DNA from: Waterburya sp. | GTDB taxonomy: Bacteria; Cyanobacteriota; Cyanobacteriia; Cyanobacteriales; Xenococcaceae | Assembly (NCBI GenBank): GCA_965217895.1 | Contig: CBDCJV010000002.1 | Coordinates: 1,184,001 to 1,248,000 of the forward strand | DNA: 64,000 nucleotides | Direction of reading: 5' to 3' | Part shown: piece by piece, positions 41,133 to 51,915 of the stretch | Numbering within the stretch: the stretch's first letter is position 1 | Layout: every line of letters starts with the position of its first letter | Program-made: the position numbers and the translations under genes | The notes under the pieces: generated by a model | The model's input: only the letters and a program-made list of their open reading frames with translations | Database searches by the model: none | Told to the model about the DNA's origin: nothing

Positions 41133-43319
41133 CTACCACTGAGGCAAACTAGCAATTAAAGCTTCTGCTTGTCTATGGCTCAATGGTCTAGAGAAGAAGA
41201 AACCCTGTCCATACTCGCATTCAAGTAATCTTAGCTGTGCTAGCTGAGAGGTGGTTTCAATTCCTTCGGCAATAACGTCCATCTTTAACATATGAGCCAG
41301 AGTGACGATCGCTTTGACAATGGCTGAATTTTCGCCATTGGCCTGCATCTGACTGACAAAAGAACGATCTATTTTAATCGTGTCTACAGGAAAACGGTGT
41401 AAATAGCTAAGGGACGAATAGCCTGTGCCAAAATCATCAATACTAAACTGAATTTGCCTTTTTCTGAGAGAGAGAATTATATCTGTGACTGTTTCTAAAT
41501 TATCAATTAAAATACTTTCGGTGATTTCTAACTTGAGAAACTTACCTTCTAAACCAGTTTCTGCGAGGATGCGGTCAACTTCTTCAATTAACTGTGGCTC
41601 GCGAAATTGTTGACCAGAAAGATTAACGCTCATCCTAATTGCTGGATGTTCGGGATATCTCAACTGCCAATCTTTTGCAGCCTGACAAGCTTGCTGGAGC
41701 AACCAGTTACCTAAAGGCACAATTAAACCAGTTTCCTCGCAGACAGGAATAAAACTATCTGGTTTAATCCGACCTTTTGTCGGATGATTCCAGCGAGCTA
41801 GTGCTTCAAAGCCAGATAAATTTCCTAGTCTTAAAGAAGTGATTGGCTGATAATAAACTTCAAATTCTCCTCGCTCTAACGCCCGTCTGAGGTCGGTTTC
41901 TAGCTCTAATCTCTGTACTGCGCGATCGCGTAAGGAATTATCAAATATTTCATAACGTGCTTTGCCCTGCTCTTTAGCACTATACATGGTCAGATCTGCA
42001 TCTCGTAAAATATCCTCTGGTTTTTCATATCCCTGAGAAGAAAGGGCAATTCCAATACTAGCGGTAGTAAATAGCTCATAACCCTCAATGTTAAACGGGA
42101 AAGTCAAAGTTTGATAAATGCTTTCAGCCACCAAAGTAGCCTCAGATTTACTGGCAATATTTTCTAGTAGAATAGTAAACTCATCTCCTCCCAAACGGGC
42201 TACGGTATCTGTTGGCGCGATCGAGCCTTCTAAACGCCGACCAATTTCAATTAATAATTTGTCCCCAACCAAATGACCAACGCTATCATTGACCACTTTG
42301 AAGCGATCGAGATCGAGAAACAGTACAGCAAACAAATAGTCTTTTTGATTTTGGCTTTTTTTAAGCTGTTGTTCTAAGCGATCCATAAACAAAGCCCGAT
42401 TAGGTAATCCTGTTAGAGCATCATGGAGAGCATCGTGCAGTAATTGCTGCTCCATATATTTGCGTTCGGTAATATCGACAATCTGATTATTAAAATGTAG
42501 GGGTCGATCGTCGGCATCAAGAACAACTAGTACTTTCAGCAAAGTATCAACTATCCGACCATCCTTGGCGATAAAACGTTTTTCTATTTGAAAGTTTGAC
42601 TCTTTACCCTTGATTAATTGCTGTTCTAAGCTGCGGTGTATTTGCAAGTCTTCAGGATGGCTAATTTCCGCAAACGATAGTTCTAATAATTCTTTTTGGG
42701 TATATCCTAAAGCATCACATAAAGCCTGATTGACCCTTTTAAATCTGCCTTTTAAGGTACTAATAGCCATGCCTATCGGAGCCATTTCAAAGGTAAGACG
42801 AAACTGTTCTTCACTCTTCCTGAGAGCTTCTTCTGCTTCTCGGCGTTTAGTAATATCTTCGGCAATACCTACAAAGCGGTTAACTTTGCCCATTACATCG
42901 CGAACAGGAAAGGCTCTAACCCTTACCCAGCATATCGATTCATCGGGGCGAACAATACGATATTCTTCTTCAAAATCGTCTCCTGTTCTAAATTGAGTTT
43001 CAATTGTGGCGATCGCTCTATAAGAATCTTCTGGATGAATGGCAAATAACCAAGATTGAGGATCTTCATACAAACTCTGACAGCTACGACCCCAGACTGT
43101 TTCGTAAGTAGGGCTTATGTAGAGTATTTCGTCAGTTTTGGCAGAGATGACAAAAAAAACCTCGCGAACATTTTCTGCAATTTGTCGAAAACGTTCTTCT
43201 CTTTCTTTCAACTCCTGTAATTCTGTTCTCAACCGTTGATTTTCAGCCAAGACTGCTTCAATTCGGTTTAACAGAGAATTCTGCTGCTGTACAATTCCTA
43301 CTATTTGCTGATCAGACAT
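41133..43319 (-). CDS. PAS-PAS-GGDEF-EAL diguanylate cyclase/phosphodiesterase
   Basis: Two PAS/PAC domains, RLGGDEF, FEAL, DDFGTGYSSL. Confidence 0.93.
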   Translation of the reverse strand: MSDQQIVGIVQQQNSLLNRIEAVLAENQRLRTELQELKEREERFRQIAENVREVFFVISAKTDEILYISPTYETVWGRSCQSLYEDPQSWLFAIHPEDSYRAIATIETQFRTGDDFEEEYRIVRPDESICWVRVRAFPVRDVMGKVNRFVGIAEDITKRREAEEALRKSEEQFRLTFEMAPIGMAISTLKGRFKRVNQALCDALGYTQKELLELSFAEISHPEDLQIHRSLEQQLIKGKESNFQIEKRFIAKDGRIVDTLLKVLVVLDADDRPLHFNNQIVDITERKYMEQQLLHDALHDALTGLPNRALFMDRLEQQLKKSQNQKDYLFAVLFLDLDRFKVVNDSVGHLVGDKLLIEIGRRLEGSIAPTDTVARLGGDEFTILLENIASKSEATLVAESIYQTLTFPFNIEGYELFTTASIGIALSSQGYEKPEDILRDADLTMYSAKEQGKARYEIFDNSLRDRAVQRLELETDLRRALERGEFEVYYQPITSLRLGNLSGFEALARWNHPTKGRIKPDSFIPVCEETGLIVPLGNWLLQQACQAAKDWQLRYPEHPAIRMSVNLSGQQFREPQLIEEVDRILAETGLEGKFLKLEITESILIDNLETVTDIILSLRKRQIQFSIDDFGTGYSSLSYLHRFPVDTIKIDRSFVSQMQANGENSAIVKAIVTLAHMLKMDVIAEGIETTSQLAQLRLLECEYGQGFFFSRPLSHRQAEALIASLPQW

Positions 43320-43407
43320 CCAATTGGCTACAATTGCGGAAATTACAACCCTATAATGCCCAGATGAAATTTAAAAGTAACATTCTTTGAGGAGGGTATA
43401 GACAACA

Positions 43408-43450
43408 ACAGTTAGAGCAGTTAGGACAGTTAGGACAGTTAGGACAGTTA
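43408..43450. repeat. 9-bp tandem repeat (CAGTTAGGA, about 4.5 copies)
   Basis: cagttagag cagttagga cagttagga cagttagga cagtta. Confidence 0.85.
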
Positions 43451-44104
43451 AAGCAACTTCTCAATCAACTCGACGACACCATCTCCGCAACTTTTAGTCA
43501 TTACCCAGTCAGAAGCCTCTTTTAGTATAGGTACAGCATTATTCACCGATACAGACAGACCGCCTAATTTTAATAAAGGCAAATCGTTTTCTCCGTCTCC
43601 GACAGCTACCACTTCATCAGAGGATAGATTCATCTGGTTCAAAGCAGATCTCAATCCAAAATCCTTATCAACACCCTCTGGCAGCAGCATAACTGCCCCT
43701 TTGTTATAGCTAATCTGCCAAGCCAAGCCCTGTTCTTTGATGACTTTAAGTGCGATTGTGTCATAAGGAATCTCAGTAGATACAATTCCTCGTCCGACTG
43801 AAAGTGGTTCGACCTGCCGTTGTTGTAAGGCTTCAATTAGAGAATCAGGAGGTGGCAAACCCAATAACTTTTCTTCTCCAATAATTGGCAAAGAAAGTAA
43901 TGCTCCATTTTCTGCCACAATACAGTCAAATGATTTAGCCTGGGGAAATACATCGTAAAGATTATCCAGTCGCCTTCCAGTTACTAAAATAAGCGATCGC
44001 CCTGTTTGTTGCCAGTGTTTTAAGGCTGAATATGTAGTTGCGCTAACTTTCCCTTCCGTTGCTATAGTCCCATCATAATCAGTTGCAAGTGCTTTGTATG
44101 ACAT
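43448..44104 (-). CDS. Cof-type HAD hydrolase
   Basis: ATDYDGT, VTGRR, GVDK, VGDGEND. Confidence 0.88.
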   Translation of the reverse strand: MSYKALATDYDGTIATEGKVSATTYSALKHWQQTGRSLILVTGRRLDNLYDVFPQAKSFDCIVAENGALLSLPIIGEEKLLGLPPPDSLIEALQQRQVEPLSVGRGIVSTEIPYDTIALKVIKEQGLAWQISYNKGAVMLLPEGVDKDFGLRSALNQMNLSSDEVVAVGDGENDLPLLKLGGLSVSVNNAVPILKEASDWVMTKSCGDGVVELIEKLL

Positions 44105-44288
44105 AATCTAAATTATATAGGGAGTAGGGATGAGGAAAAGAGTAATAGTAATAGGTTTAGTAATCATCTCCTAAACGTAATCATCCATAATTCTAATAGA
44201 TTTGCACTAATCAGTCTTATTTTTCGCTATCTTTTTCTAAGGTAGAAAAGAAGTATCCTTTATTTTTCATTTTTCATCCTTTCAAATT

Positions 44289-47200
44289 ATGGCTTTTGCA
44301 TCGGTAGTACGGACGATAGAAAAATCGCCTTTAACCAGAGAATTACTAACCAAACTAGATAAAGGGCAGTCATTGTTGCTTAATGGCATACCACGTTTAC
44401 CAAAGGGAATTGTTAGCTCTAGTTTGGCAAAAGCTAAAGACAAAAACTTATTTTTAGTTTGTCCTACCTTAGAAGAGGCTGGACGTTGGGCTGCCCAATT
44501 AGAAGCAATGGGATGGCAGACAGTAAATTTTTATCCCACTTCCGAAGCAAGTCCTTATGACCCATTTGACCCCGAATCTGAGATAACTTGGGGACAGATG
44601 CAGGTTCTTTCAATTATCAATTATCAATTATCAATTATCAATGAAGAAGACGATTCTAAACCGATCGCTATTGTAGCCACAGAGCGATCTCTTCAGCCTC
44701 ATTTGCCACCTCCAGAGGTTTTTGAGTCTTATTGTTTGACCTTACAGCAGGGCATGGAATTGACCTCAAAGCAGCTAGATGAATCTTTGGTTAGATTGGG
44801 TTATGAGCGAGTAGCTTTGGTAGAAACAGAAGGGCAATGGAGCAGAAGAGGCGATATTGTGGATATCTTCCCAGTTTCGGCAGAATTACCCGTGAGGCTG
44901 GAGTGGTTTGGGGATGAGTTAGAAAAGTTAAAGGAGTTCGATCCTGCTACTCAAAGATCTTTAGATAAACTGGAGCAGTTGTTGTTAACGCCAACTTCTT
45001 TTAGTAACATAATTGCTAACAGTATTTTGGAAAATGGTAAGAGTATTGAAAGCTATTTGGATGATGAAGAATTAGAAGCTCTACTTGAGGGAAATCCTCC
45101 AGAAGGGATGAGACGTTTTTTAGGAATTGCTTTCGCTCGACCAGCTTCAATTTTAGATTATCTACCTGATAATACTTTAATAGCTATTGATGAATTAGAA
45201 CAGTGTAATGCCCATAGCGATCGCTGGATAGAATTAGCTCAATCTCAATGGCAGAGTTTAGAACCAAGTTTACCCAAAATTCACGCTGAGTTCCAAAGTT
45301 GTTTAGCTAAAACTAATAAGTTTGACTGTATTTATTTATCAGAAATTGCCGAAGAAAAACCTCGTTTAAATATAGCCAAACCTGATACAGTATCGGTACA
45401 CAATTTACAGGCGCGTCCGATTCCTACTACTCCTAATCAGTTTGCTAAGTTGGCTAGTATCCTGCGAGGTAAAAGAGAAATATATAGCGGAATGACGTTA
45501 GAAAAATATCAGACTTGGTTGATTTCGGCGCAGCCTAGTCGTTCGGCTTCTCTATTACAAGAACATGATTGTCCCGTTCAGTTTATTCCCAATCCTCAAG
45601 ACTTTAGGGCAATAGAAAAAGCTCAAATTCAAAGTACAGCCGTAGCAGTAAAATATTCTGGTTTAGCAGAATTAGAAGGCTTTATTTTACCGACTTATCG
45701 GATTGTCATTGTTACGGATAAAGAATTTTTTGGACAGCAAATTTTAGCCACATCTGGCTATATCCGTAAGCGTCGCCGAGCTACTTCTAAAAAGGTCGAT
45801 TTAAATAAATTACGTCCTGGGGATTATGTGGTACATAAACATAGTGGCTTAGGTAAATTTATTGAGTTGGAAACTTTAGCTCACCGTGAATATTTAGTAG
45901 TTCAATATGCCGATGGAACTTTAAGAGTTCCTGCTGATTCTTTAGATATGCTGACGCGGTTTCGACAAACAGGTAAGCGTCCACCAGAATTAAATAAAAT
46001 GGCAACTCAGTCTTGGTCAAACACTAAGACTAAAGTTAAAAAGAATATTAAAAGATTGGCAGTAGATTTATTAAAACTCTATGCTAAACGCTCAAAACTA
46101 GAAGGTTATGCCTATCCTCCTGATAATCCTTGGCAACAAGAATTAGAAGATTCATTTCCCTATCAACCTACCCCAGATCAACTAAAAGCCACCCAAGATA
46201 TCAAGATAGATCTAGAAAGCGATCGCCCGATGGATCGGCTTGTATGTGGTGACGTGGGTTTTGGTAAAACGGAAGTGGCAATTAGAGCAATTTTTAAAGT
46301 AATTACCAGTGGTAATAAACAGGTAGCGTTTCTTGCACCCACAACTATTCTGACGCAACAGCATTATCACACCCTCAAAGAAAGATTTGCACCCTATCCA
46401 ATTAACGTCGGCTTATTAAATCGTTTCCGCACTGCTTCTGAGAAAAAAGAAATTATGCAACGGCTGGCTACGGGTGAATTAGATATCGTAGTCGGTACAC
46501 AGCAGCTATTAAACAAAGATGTCCAATTTAAAGACTTAGGAATGCTAGTGGTAGATGAAGAACAACGGTTTGGAGTAAATCAAAAGGAAAAAATTAAGGC
46601 GTTCAAATCTCAGGTAGATGTTTTAACCCTCTCAGCGACTCCCATACCCCGCACATTATATATGTCCCTGTCGGGAATTAGGGAAATGAGCTTAATTACC
46701 ACGCCTCCTCCATCTCGTCGCCCAATTAAAACCCATCTTTCCCCCTATAACCCTGAAGTAATTCGCAATGCCATCCGTAACGAATTAGATCGGGGTGGAC
46801 AAGCTTTTTATGTTGTTCCTAGAGTCGAAGGCATCGAAGAAGTTAGCGCGCAGCTACGAGAGATGATTCCTAATATCAAAATTGCGATCGCTCACGGACA
46901 GATGCCTGAGACGGAATTAGAATCAACCATGCTTACTTTTAGTAACGGCGAAGCGGATTTACTACTTTGCACCACCATCATTGAGTCTGGTTTAGATATT
47001 CCCCGCGTCAACACAATTATTGTCGAAGATTCCCAAAGATTTGGCTTATCCCAACTGTATCAGTTAAGAGGTAGAGTCGGACGAGCGGGAATTCAAGCCC
47101 ACGCATGGTTACTATACCCCAGTAAACAAACTTTATCAGATCAGGCTCGCAAAAGACTTAGAGCTTTACAAGAATTTAGCCAGTTGGGTTCAGGTTATCA

Positions 47201-47816
47201 ATTAGCCACAAGAGATATGGAAATACGTGGTGTGGGTAGTCTATTAGGCGCAGAACAATCTGGACAAATAACTAACATTGGCTTTGAACTCTACATGGAG
47301 ATGCTACAAGAAGCAATTCAAGAGATTCAAGGACAGGAAATACCTAAAGTCGAAGATACCCAAATAGATCTTAAGCTTACCTCTTTTATTCCCGCCAGCT
47401 ACATCGCCGATCCTGGACAGAAAATGGATGCCTATCGCGCGATCGCCACTGCATCCTCGAAAAAAGAACTGGTACAGATTGCAGCCGAATGGGAAGATCG
47501 TTATGGTGCAATTCCCTCCCCGACTCAACAGCTAATTCAGGTAATGGAATTAAAACAAATAGCTAAGGCGATCGGCTTTTCCCGTATTAAGCCTGAAGGA
47601 CAAACAAATATTGTCTTAGAAACCCCGATGGCTGAACCTGCTTGGAATTTATTAGCGGAGAATTTGCCGAAGCACTTGCGATCGCGTTTTGTATATGCGC
47701 CAAAGAAAGTGATTGTGCGCGGTTTAGGTATTGTTAAACCTCAAAAGCAACTGGATAATTTGATTGACTGGTTGGGTACAATCCACAAGGCTTTACCTGA
47801 ATTAGAATTAGTTTAA
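44289..47816 (+). CDS. mfd: Transcription-repair coupling factor
   Basis: [45 protein letters not shown]. Confidence 0.97.
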   Translation: MAFASVVRTIEKSPLTRELLTKLDKGQSLLLNGIPRLPKGIVSSSLAKAKDKNLFLVCPTLEEAGRWAAQLEAMGWQTVNFYPTSEASPYDPFDPESEITWGQMQVLSIINYQLSIINEEDDSKPIAIVATERSLQPHLPPPEVFESYCLTLQQGMELTSKQLDESLVRLGYERVALVETEGQWSRRGDIVDIFPVSAELPVRLEWFGDELEKLKEFDPATQRSLDKLEQLLLTPTSFSNIIANSILENGKSIESYLDDEELEALLEGNPPEGMRRFLGIAFARPASILDYLPDNTLIAIDELEQCNAHSDRWIELAQSQWQSLEPSLPKIHAEFQSCLAKTNKFDCIYLSEIAEEKPRLNIAKPDTVSVHNLQARPIPTTPNQFAKLASILRGKREIYSGMTLEKYQTWLISAQPSRSASLLQEHDCPVQFIPNPQDFRAIEKAQIQSTAVAVKYSGLAELEGFILPTYRIVIVTDKEFFGQQILATSGYIRKRRRATSKKVDLNKLRPGDYVVHKHSGLGKFIELETLAHREYLVVQYADGTLRVPADSLDMLTRFRQTGKRPPELNKMATQSWSNTKTKVKKNIKRLAVDLLKLYAKRSKLEGYAYPPDNPWQQELEDSFPYQPTPDQLKATQDIKIDLESDRPMDRLVCGDVGFGKTEVAIRAIFKVITSGNKQVAFLAPTTILTQQHYHTLKERFAPYPINVGLLNRFRTASEKKEIMQRLATGELDIVVGTQQLLNKDVQFKDLGMLVVDEEQRFGVNQKEKIKAFKSQVDVLTLSATPIPRTLYMSLSGIREMSLITTPPPSRRPIKTHLSPYNPEVIRNAIRNELDRGGQAFYVVPRVEGIEEVSAQLREMIPNIKIAIAHGQMPETELESTMLTFSNGEADLLLCTTIIESGLDIPRVNTIIVEDSQRFGLSQLYQLRGRVGRAGIQAHAWLLYPSKQTLSDQARKRLRALQEFSQLGSGYQLATRDMEIRGVGSLLGAEQSGQITNIGFELYMEMLQEAIQEIQGQEIPKVEDTQIDLKLTSFIPASYIADPGQKMDAYRAIATASSKKELVQIAAEWEDRYGAIPSPTQQLIQVMELKQIAKAIGFSRIKPEGQTNIVLETPMAEPAWNLLAENLPKHLRSRFVYAPKKVIVRGLGIVKPQKQLDNLIDWLGTIHKALPELELV

Positions 47817-47833
47817 GTAAGTAGAATTAAAAA

Positions 47834-48313
47834 ATGAACAGTCAACTTAAGCAACTTTATCATCAGGATTTAAATCTTTGGCGCGAAAAGATTGTAACCG
47901 CCATTCAAAATAGGAAACTAGAAAACATGGACTGGGACAATCTGATCGAAGAAATTAATGATATGACAGCAAGTGAGAGACGTGCTTTACGCAGTTATAT
48001 CAAAAGACTGATAGAGCATATTCTCAAGCTTAAGTATTGGCGAGCGACCCCGCGCCGACGCAAGGCGCAAGGGAATGCGCGAGATGAAAATGAACGAGAA
48101 TATAATCGGCGAGGTTGGGAAAAAGAAGTAGTTAATTTTCGTGAGGAAGTTAAGAGTATTTTAGAAGAATCTCCTAGCTTGAATAGTTATTTAGAACAAA
48201 ATTATTTTGACTGGTACGCAAAATCAGTTAAAGCAATGAAAAGAGAGTTTTCTATTCCTGACAATAATTTAGTAGATTTAAACTTAATTATGACTGACGA
48301 TTATTTTGCATAA
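47834..48313 (+). CDS. DUF29 family protein with a 15-aa in-frame insertion
   Basis: Close paralog of 18136-18570; extra RATPRRRKAQGNARD after LKYW. Confidence 0.85.
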   Translation: MNSQLKQLYHQDLNLWREKIVTAIQNRKLENMDWDNLIEEINDMTASERRALRSYIKRLIEHILKLKYWRATPRRRKAQGNARDENEREYNRRGWEKEVVNFREEVKSILEESPSLNSYLEQNYFDWYAKSVKAMKREFSIPDNNLVDLNLIMTDDYFA

Positions 48314-48461
48314 TCCGTCCTTTAGATTTTTAATCGCCCGATCATTTATGCGCTGAAAAAAGTTGATTTATGAGAAAACTATTTAGTCAAATAGCAAGCT
48401 TAGCAAAATATATTCTTTATGGCTTTTAAGTTAACTTAATTTTTTTTAAAATCATGCATAA

Positions 48462-50048
48462 CTATTCTATTTCCTCTCTATCAAAAATATCAAGATACTT
48501 AGCTAAAGTAAATTCTGGATCTTGTTGAAAATGTCTTGGAGCTTTGAAAAGTTCTATACCTATGTCTTTAAATATTTCCTGTTGACTATTTAAGATTGAT
48601 TTGAAAAATTGATTTTCCTTGATATTTAAATTTTCAATTAATTCATTGAGTTTTTCTGAATTTATTCCTAACCTAAGATATCTAGAAAAAAATATGAGCC
48701 ATACAATTTCAAAAATAGAACCTTTTCTAGAAGCTCTTAAAATTTCATTTTCAATAGTAGATTTTAAATAGTTTTTTAGTTCAGAACAATCTTTGCTATA
48801 GTCAATATATAATTGTTCTGAGATAGATAAAACGTGACACAATAGTTTTTCAGATTCTCTTTTTACAAGAAAAAGTAAACTAATTACTTGTTTAACTTCT
48901 CTGATTCTTTTTTGGTTATTTTTTGAAAAAATAATTTTCAGTTTCTTTTCTTTATTTGGATTGTTCTTGGTAAAGCATTCTGATATAAATTTTTCTAAAA
49001 TGCTAGTTCCAGGACACTTGCGGTGAATATCGAGAGCAATTAACAATGTATGCTCAAAACATTTAAAAGTTATTTCGTTTCTATTTTTCAAGCTATGTGG
49101 AAAGTAATCTCTATCATGCTTTCTGTAAAGACCATCAGGCAATTTCTGAATCGAGGTCTTATTCTCATTAATTGATAAATTATATGCTAAAAGATTTTTT
49201 GCCAAAGCCTTCAATATTTTTTCAGCATCAGCTTCACAGTCACAGAGAATTCTATAATCATCTTTAAATCTAACTGCAAGAAAATCAATATCTTTCAGTT
49301 CTTCTGAAGTATTTCTGTCAATTTTGGATAAAATAATTTCTGCAATTAAGTCACTTAGTACAGAACCTATTGGAATCCCATTAGTTCCTCCATCATTAGC
49401 ATATTGTATGAGCTTGTCTATCTTGTTACCAAAAAAGCTCATCTCACGATCTCTTAATGCCTTATCTCTACCATGCAATGCCCATGCAATGCTATGAGTA
49501 TATATGGATGAATAGAAATTAGTAATATCGGTACGTACAATATATTGATAATGTTTGGCATCCAATACTAAATCTTTTTCTGCCATTGTCAGCCATTCAT
49601 ATATCATTCTCCCTGTACGTAAACTACTCAATCCAGCTTGGTTTCTATTCTTTTTTGTCAAGGCAATAGGAAAACTATAAGAATATATCTTATTTTCTTC
49701 ATGAAAAAGATGGCTTATCACCTCATCCCAGTTTTTTTCTATGTAGAAAACAATATCATGAAAATTGTATGGATGCTGAATACTAAATATTCTAGAGCTA
49801 AGATTAGTCTTCGGATGAGAGATGTTGATAAGTTGCCTTCTTTTTAACTTACATAAGTTTTGTTTGTAAGGTTGATCTTGAAGAACAAAATTAGCAACCT
49901 GAAAGGATGGTGGTAGTATATATTGCTCTGCAAAATATCCTTGGTTAAGTATCCAGTTAGCTATTTCTTTTGATGGAATATCTTTGACAAGATCTCTAGT
50001 TTCTTTGAAATGGTTTATAACATATACTTCATCACCGAGCATCATCAT
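48462..50048 (-). CDS. Reverse transcriptase, Abi-P2/AbiK-like (class 1 UG/Abi type) with helical C-terminal domain
   Basis: TDITNFYSSIYTHSIAWA, TNGIPIGSVLSD.IAE, catalytic RFKDDYRI, L.INENKT; very AT-rich. Confidence 0.88.
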   Translation of the reverse strand: MMMLGDEVYVINHFKETRDLVKDIPSKEIANWILNQGYFAEQYILPPSFQVANFVLQDQPYKQNLCKLKRRQLINISHPKTNLSSRIFSIQHPYNFHDIVFYIEKNWDEVISHLFHEENKIYSYSFPIALTKKNRNQAGLSSLRTGRMIYEWLTMAEKDLVLDAKHYQYIVRTDITNFYSSIYTHSIAWALHGRDKALRDREMSFFGNKIDKLIQYANDGGTNGIPIGSVLSDLIAEIILSKIDRNTSEELKDIDFLAVRFKDDYRILCDCEADAEKILKALAKNLLAYNLSINENKTSIQKLPDGLYRKHDRDYFPHSLKNRNEITFKCFEHTLLIALDIHRKCPGTSILEKFISECFTKNNPNKEKKLKIIFSKNNQKRIREVKQVISLLFLVKRESEKLLCHVLSISEQLYIDYSKDCSELKNYLKSTIENEILRASRKGSIFEIVWLIFFSRYLRLGINSEKLNELIENLNIKENQFFKSILNSQQEIFKDIGIELFKAPRHFQQDPEFTLAKYLDIFDREEIE

Positions 50049-50111
50049 TTTATTCTTTAGGATATTTACTTCATTCTCAAAATGCCATGAAATAAAAATG
50101 TCGGGTGTGAT

Positions 50112-50234
50112 CTATAGCGTTTCTCTTATTTACGAGATGCACTTTAGTTGTGTCTGGTTAAGGGGAAAAGGCAAAAGTTTTGCGCTGTTTTCCAGAACTT
50201 AGCTAATGTACCTCATTGATTTGAGAATTGCTAT
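50112..50234. repeat. MITE-like repeat (TATAGC...GCTATA) upstream of the RT
   Basis: TATAGCGTTTCTC / GAGAATTGCTATA ends; related to 30136-30226. Confidence 0.6.
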
Positions 50235-50254
50235 AAAGTTTGAGCTATGTTAGG

Positions 50255-50395
50255 TTAGCTAATGCCTACTTTATACGATACTAGTTCTGAAGTTAATTTC
50301 TCGATCCTCTTTTTTAACCCTTCTTGTTCTCTTTTGTCTCTAATTTTGCTCAACAATTCTATTGCTAGAGGAGTAATTTCAAGTTTGTATTGCAT
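50255..50395 (-). pseudogene. Truncated RelE/ParE toxin
   Basis: TAATG-coupled to the antitoxin; MQYKLEITPLAIELLSKIRDKREQEGLKKRIEKL, stop after 46 aa. Confidence 0.75.
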
Positions 50396-50658
50396 TACCA
50401 ACCTAGCTTTTCTTGAGCCTCCTCCCAGCTAATTGTTTCTCCAGCCTGATCTTGTTGAATGCTTGCAGACAATAGTGAACTAAATTCTTTATCTTCTAAA
50501 ATTTCCAAAGTTTCTAATAAACATTTCATTTGCTCGTAACTAACCGTTACCATTACAGGCTTACCATGTTTAGTAATAATTATAGGTTCGTCAATTAATT
50601 CATCAGGTAAACTTAGAAAATTTTTTCTGGCTTCTGTAATGGTGAGATATTTTGGCAT
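50395..50658 (-). CDS. Phd/YefM family antitoxin
   Basis: LTITEARKN..IIITKHGKPV..LLETLEIL; upstream palindrome AATGTAC-N8-GTACATT at 50667-50688. Confidence 0.88.
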   Translation of the reverse strand: MPKYLTITEARKNFLSLPDELIDEPIIITKHGKPVMVTVSYEQMKCLLETLEILEDKEFSSLLSASIQQDQAGETISWEEAQEKLGW

Positions 50659-50720
50659 GAAGACTAAATGTACGCTCAAGTGTACATTCAAATTATAATG
50701 TGATTTGAAGACTAAGGTGT

Positions 50721-50791
50721 GCGATCGCTTAATCGCCTATATGCCAAAGAGAGAATCATTGTGCGTGGTTTGGGTATTGTTAAACCGCAAA
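50721..50791 (+). repeat. Diverged direct repeat of mfd 3' sequence (47678-47745)
   Basis: Both copies start at GCGATCGC; 50758-50791 vs 47712-47745 is 31/34 identical. Confidence 0.85.
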
Positions 50792-50815
50792 TATCTTAAC
50801 CCAAACTAACGTTAT

Positions 50816-51778
50816 TTATGACATCTCCAACATTCTCTGAATAGGTTTTAAGGCTCTGGTGCGAATATCTTCAGGTAAAGTAATTTCTGGGGTTTTATTT
50901 TTCATCGCCAAGTAAAGCTTCTCTAATGTATTCAGGCGCATATAAGGACATTCATTACAGGCACAGTTATTCATAGCTGGAGCAGGGATAAAATACTTAT
51001 TAGGTGCAGCTTTTTCCATCTGGTGAATGATTCCTGGTTCTGTAGCGACGATAAACCGATCGCTACTGCTTGTCTGACAGTATTTTAATAAAGCCGTAGT
51101 TGAACCAATAAAGTCGGCATGGCGTAATACAGGAGATTCGCATTCAGGGTGAGCAATCATTTCGGCGGTGGGATGCTCAACCTTTAATTCAATAATTCTC
51201 TTTTCTGAGAAAGTTTCGTGAACAATGCAGCTACCTTGCCATAAAACTAAGTCTCTACCTGTTTTTTCGCTAACGTAACGACCTAAATTCTTATCTGGGG
51301 CAAAAATAATTGGCTGATTTTTTGGGATTTGATTAACTATCTTTACCGCATTAGAACTAGTACAAATAATGTCACTTAAAGCTTTGATTTCAGCAGTACA
51401 GTTAATGTAAGAAATAACTATATGATCTGGGTGAGCTTCTTTAAAAGCCTTAAATTCTTTTGGTGGACAACTATCAGCCAAAGAACAGCCAGCTTCAAGA
51501 TCGGGTAATAAAACCAACTTGTTAGGATTGAGTATCTTCGCGGTTTCTGCCATAAAATGCACTCCCGCAAAGACAATTACCTCCGCATCAGTATTAGCAG
51601 CCTGCTGAGACAAACCCAAAGAATCGCCTAGATAATCGGCAATATCTTGAATGTCTGCTTCCTGGTAATAGTGAGCTAAGATTACGGCGTTTAACTCTTG
51701 CTTTAGCTTATTTATTGCGCCAAATAAGTCATTAGGAATCTCGTAAGGGTTTGCTTTAGGTTTAGCTGCTGTAAACAT
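50816..51778 (-). CDS. nadA: Quinolinate synthase
   Basis: [40 protein letters not shown]. Confidence 0.96.
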   Translation of the reverse strand: MFTAAKPKANPYEIPNDLFGAINKLKQELNAVILAHYYQEADIQDIADYLGDSLGLSQQAANTDAEVIVFAGVHFMAETAKILNPNKLVLLPDLEAGCSLADSCPPKEFKAFKEAHPDHIVISYINCTAEIKALSDIICTSSNAVKIVNQIPKNQPIIFAPDKNLGRYVSEKTGRDLVLWQGSCIVHETFSEKRIIELKVEHPTAEMIAHPECESPVLRHADFIGSTTALLKYCQTSSSDRFIVATEPGIIHQMEKAAPNKYFIPAPAMNNCACNECPYMRLNTLEKLYLAMKNKTPEITLPEDIRTRALKPIQRMLEMS

Positions 51779-51915
51779 ACTGGTTGGCTTTTATAATCTA
51801 AGATTTAGTTTATGGGTAATTATAGTAGTTTTTACTATAATTACATTATAGTTTATTCCACCAATATTTGCAGACCAAAGATAAATCGCGCAGAGTCAGT
51901 AGTTTAGAGTCTTGA

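Noticed and set aside
48314..50250. Retron msr/msd, group II intron or DGR context for the RT
   Set aside because: No long inverted repeats, intron domain V or TR/VR pair seen; the upstream palindrome belongs to a dispersed repeat family.
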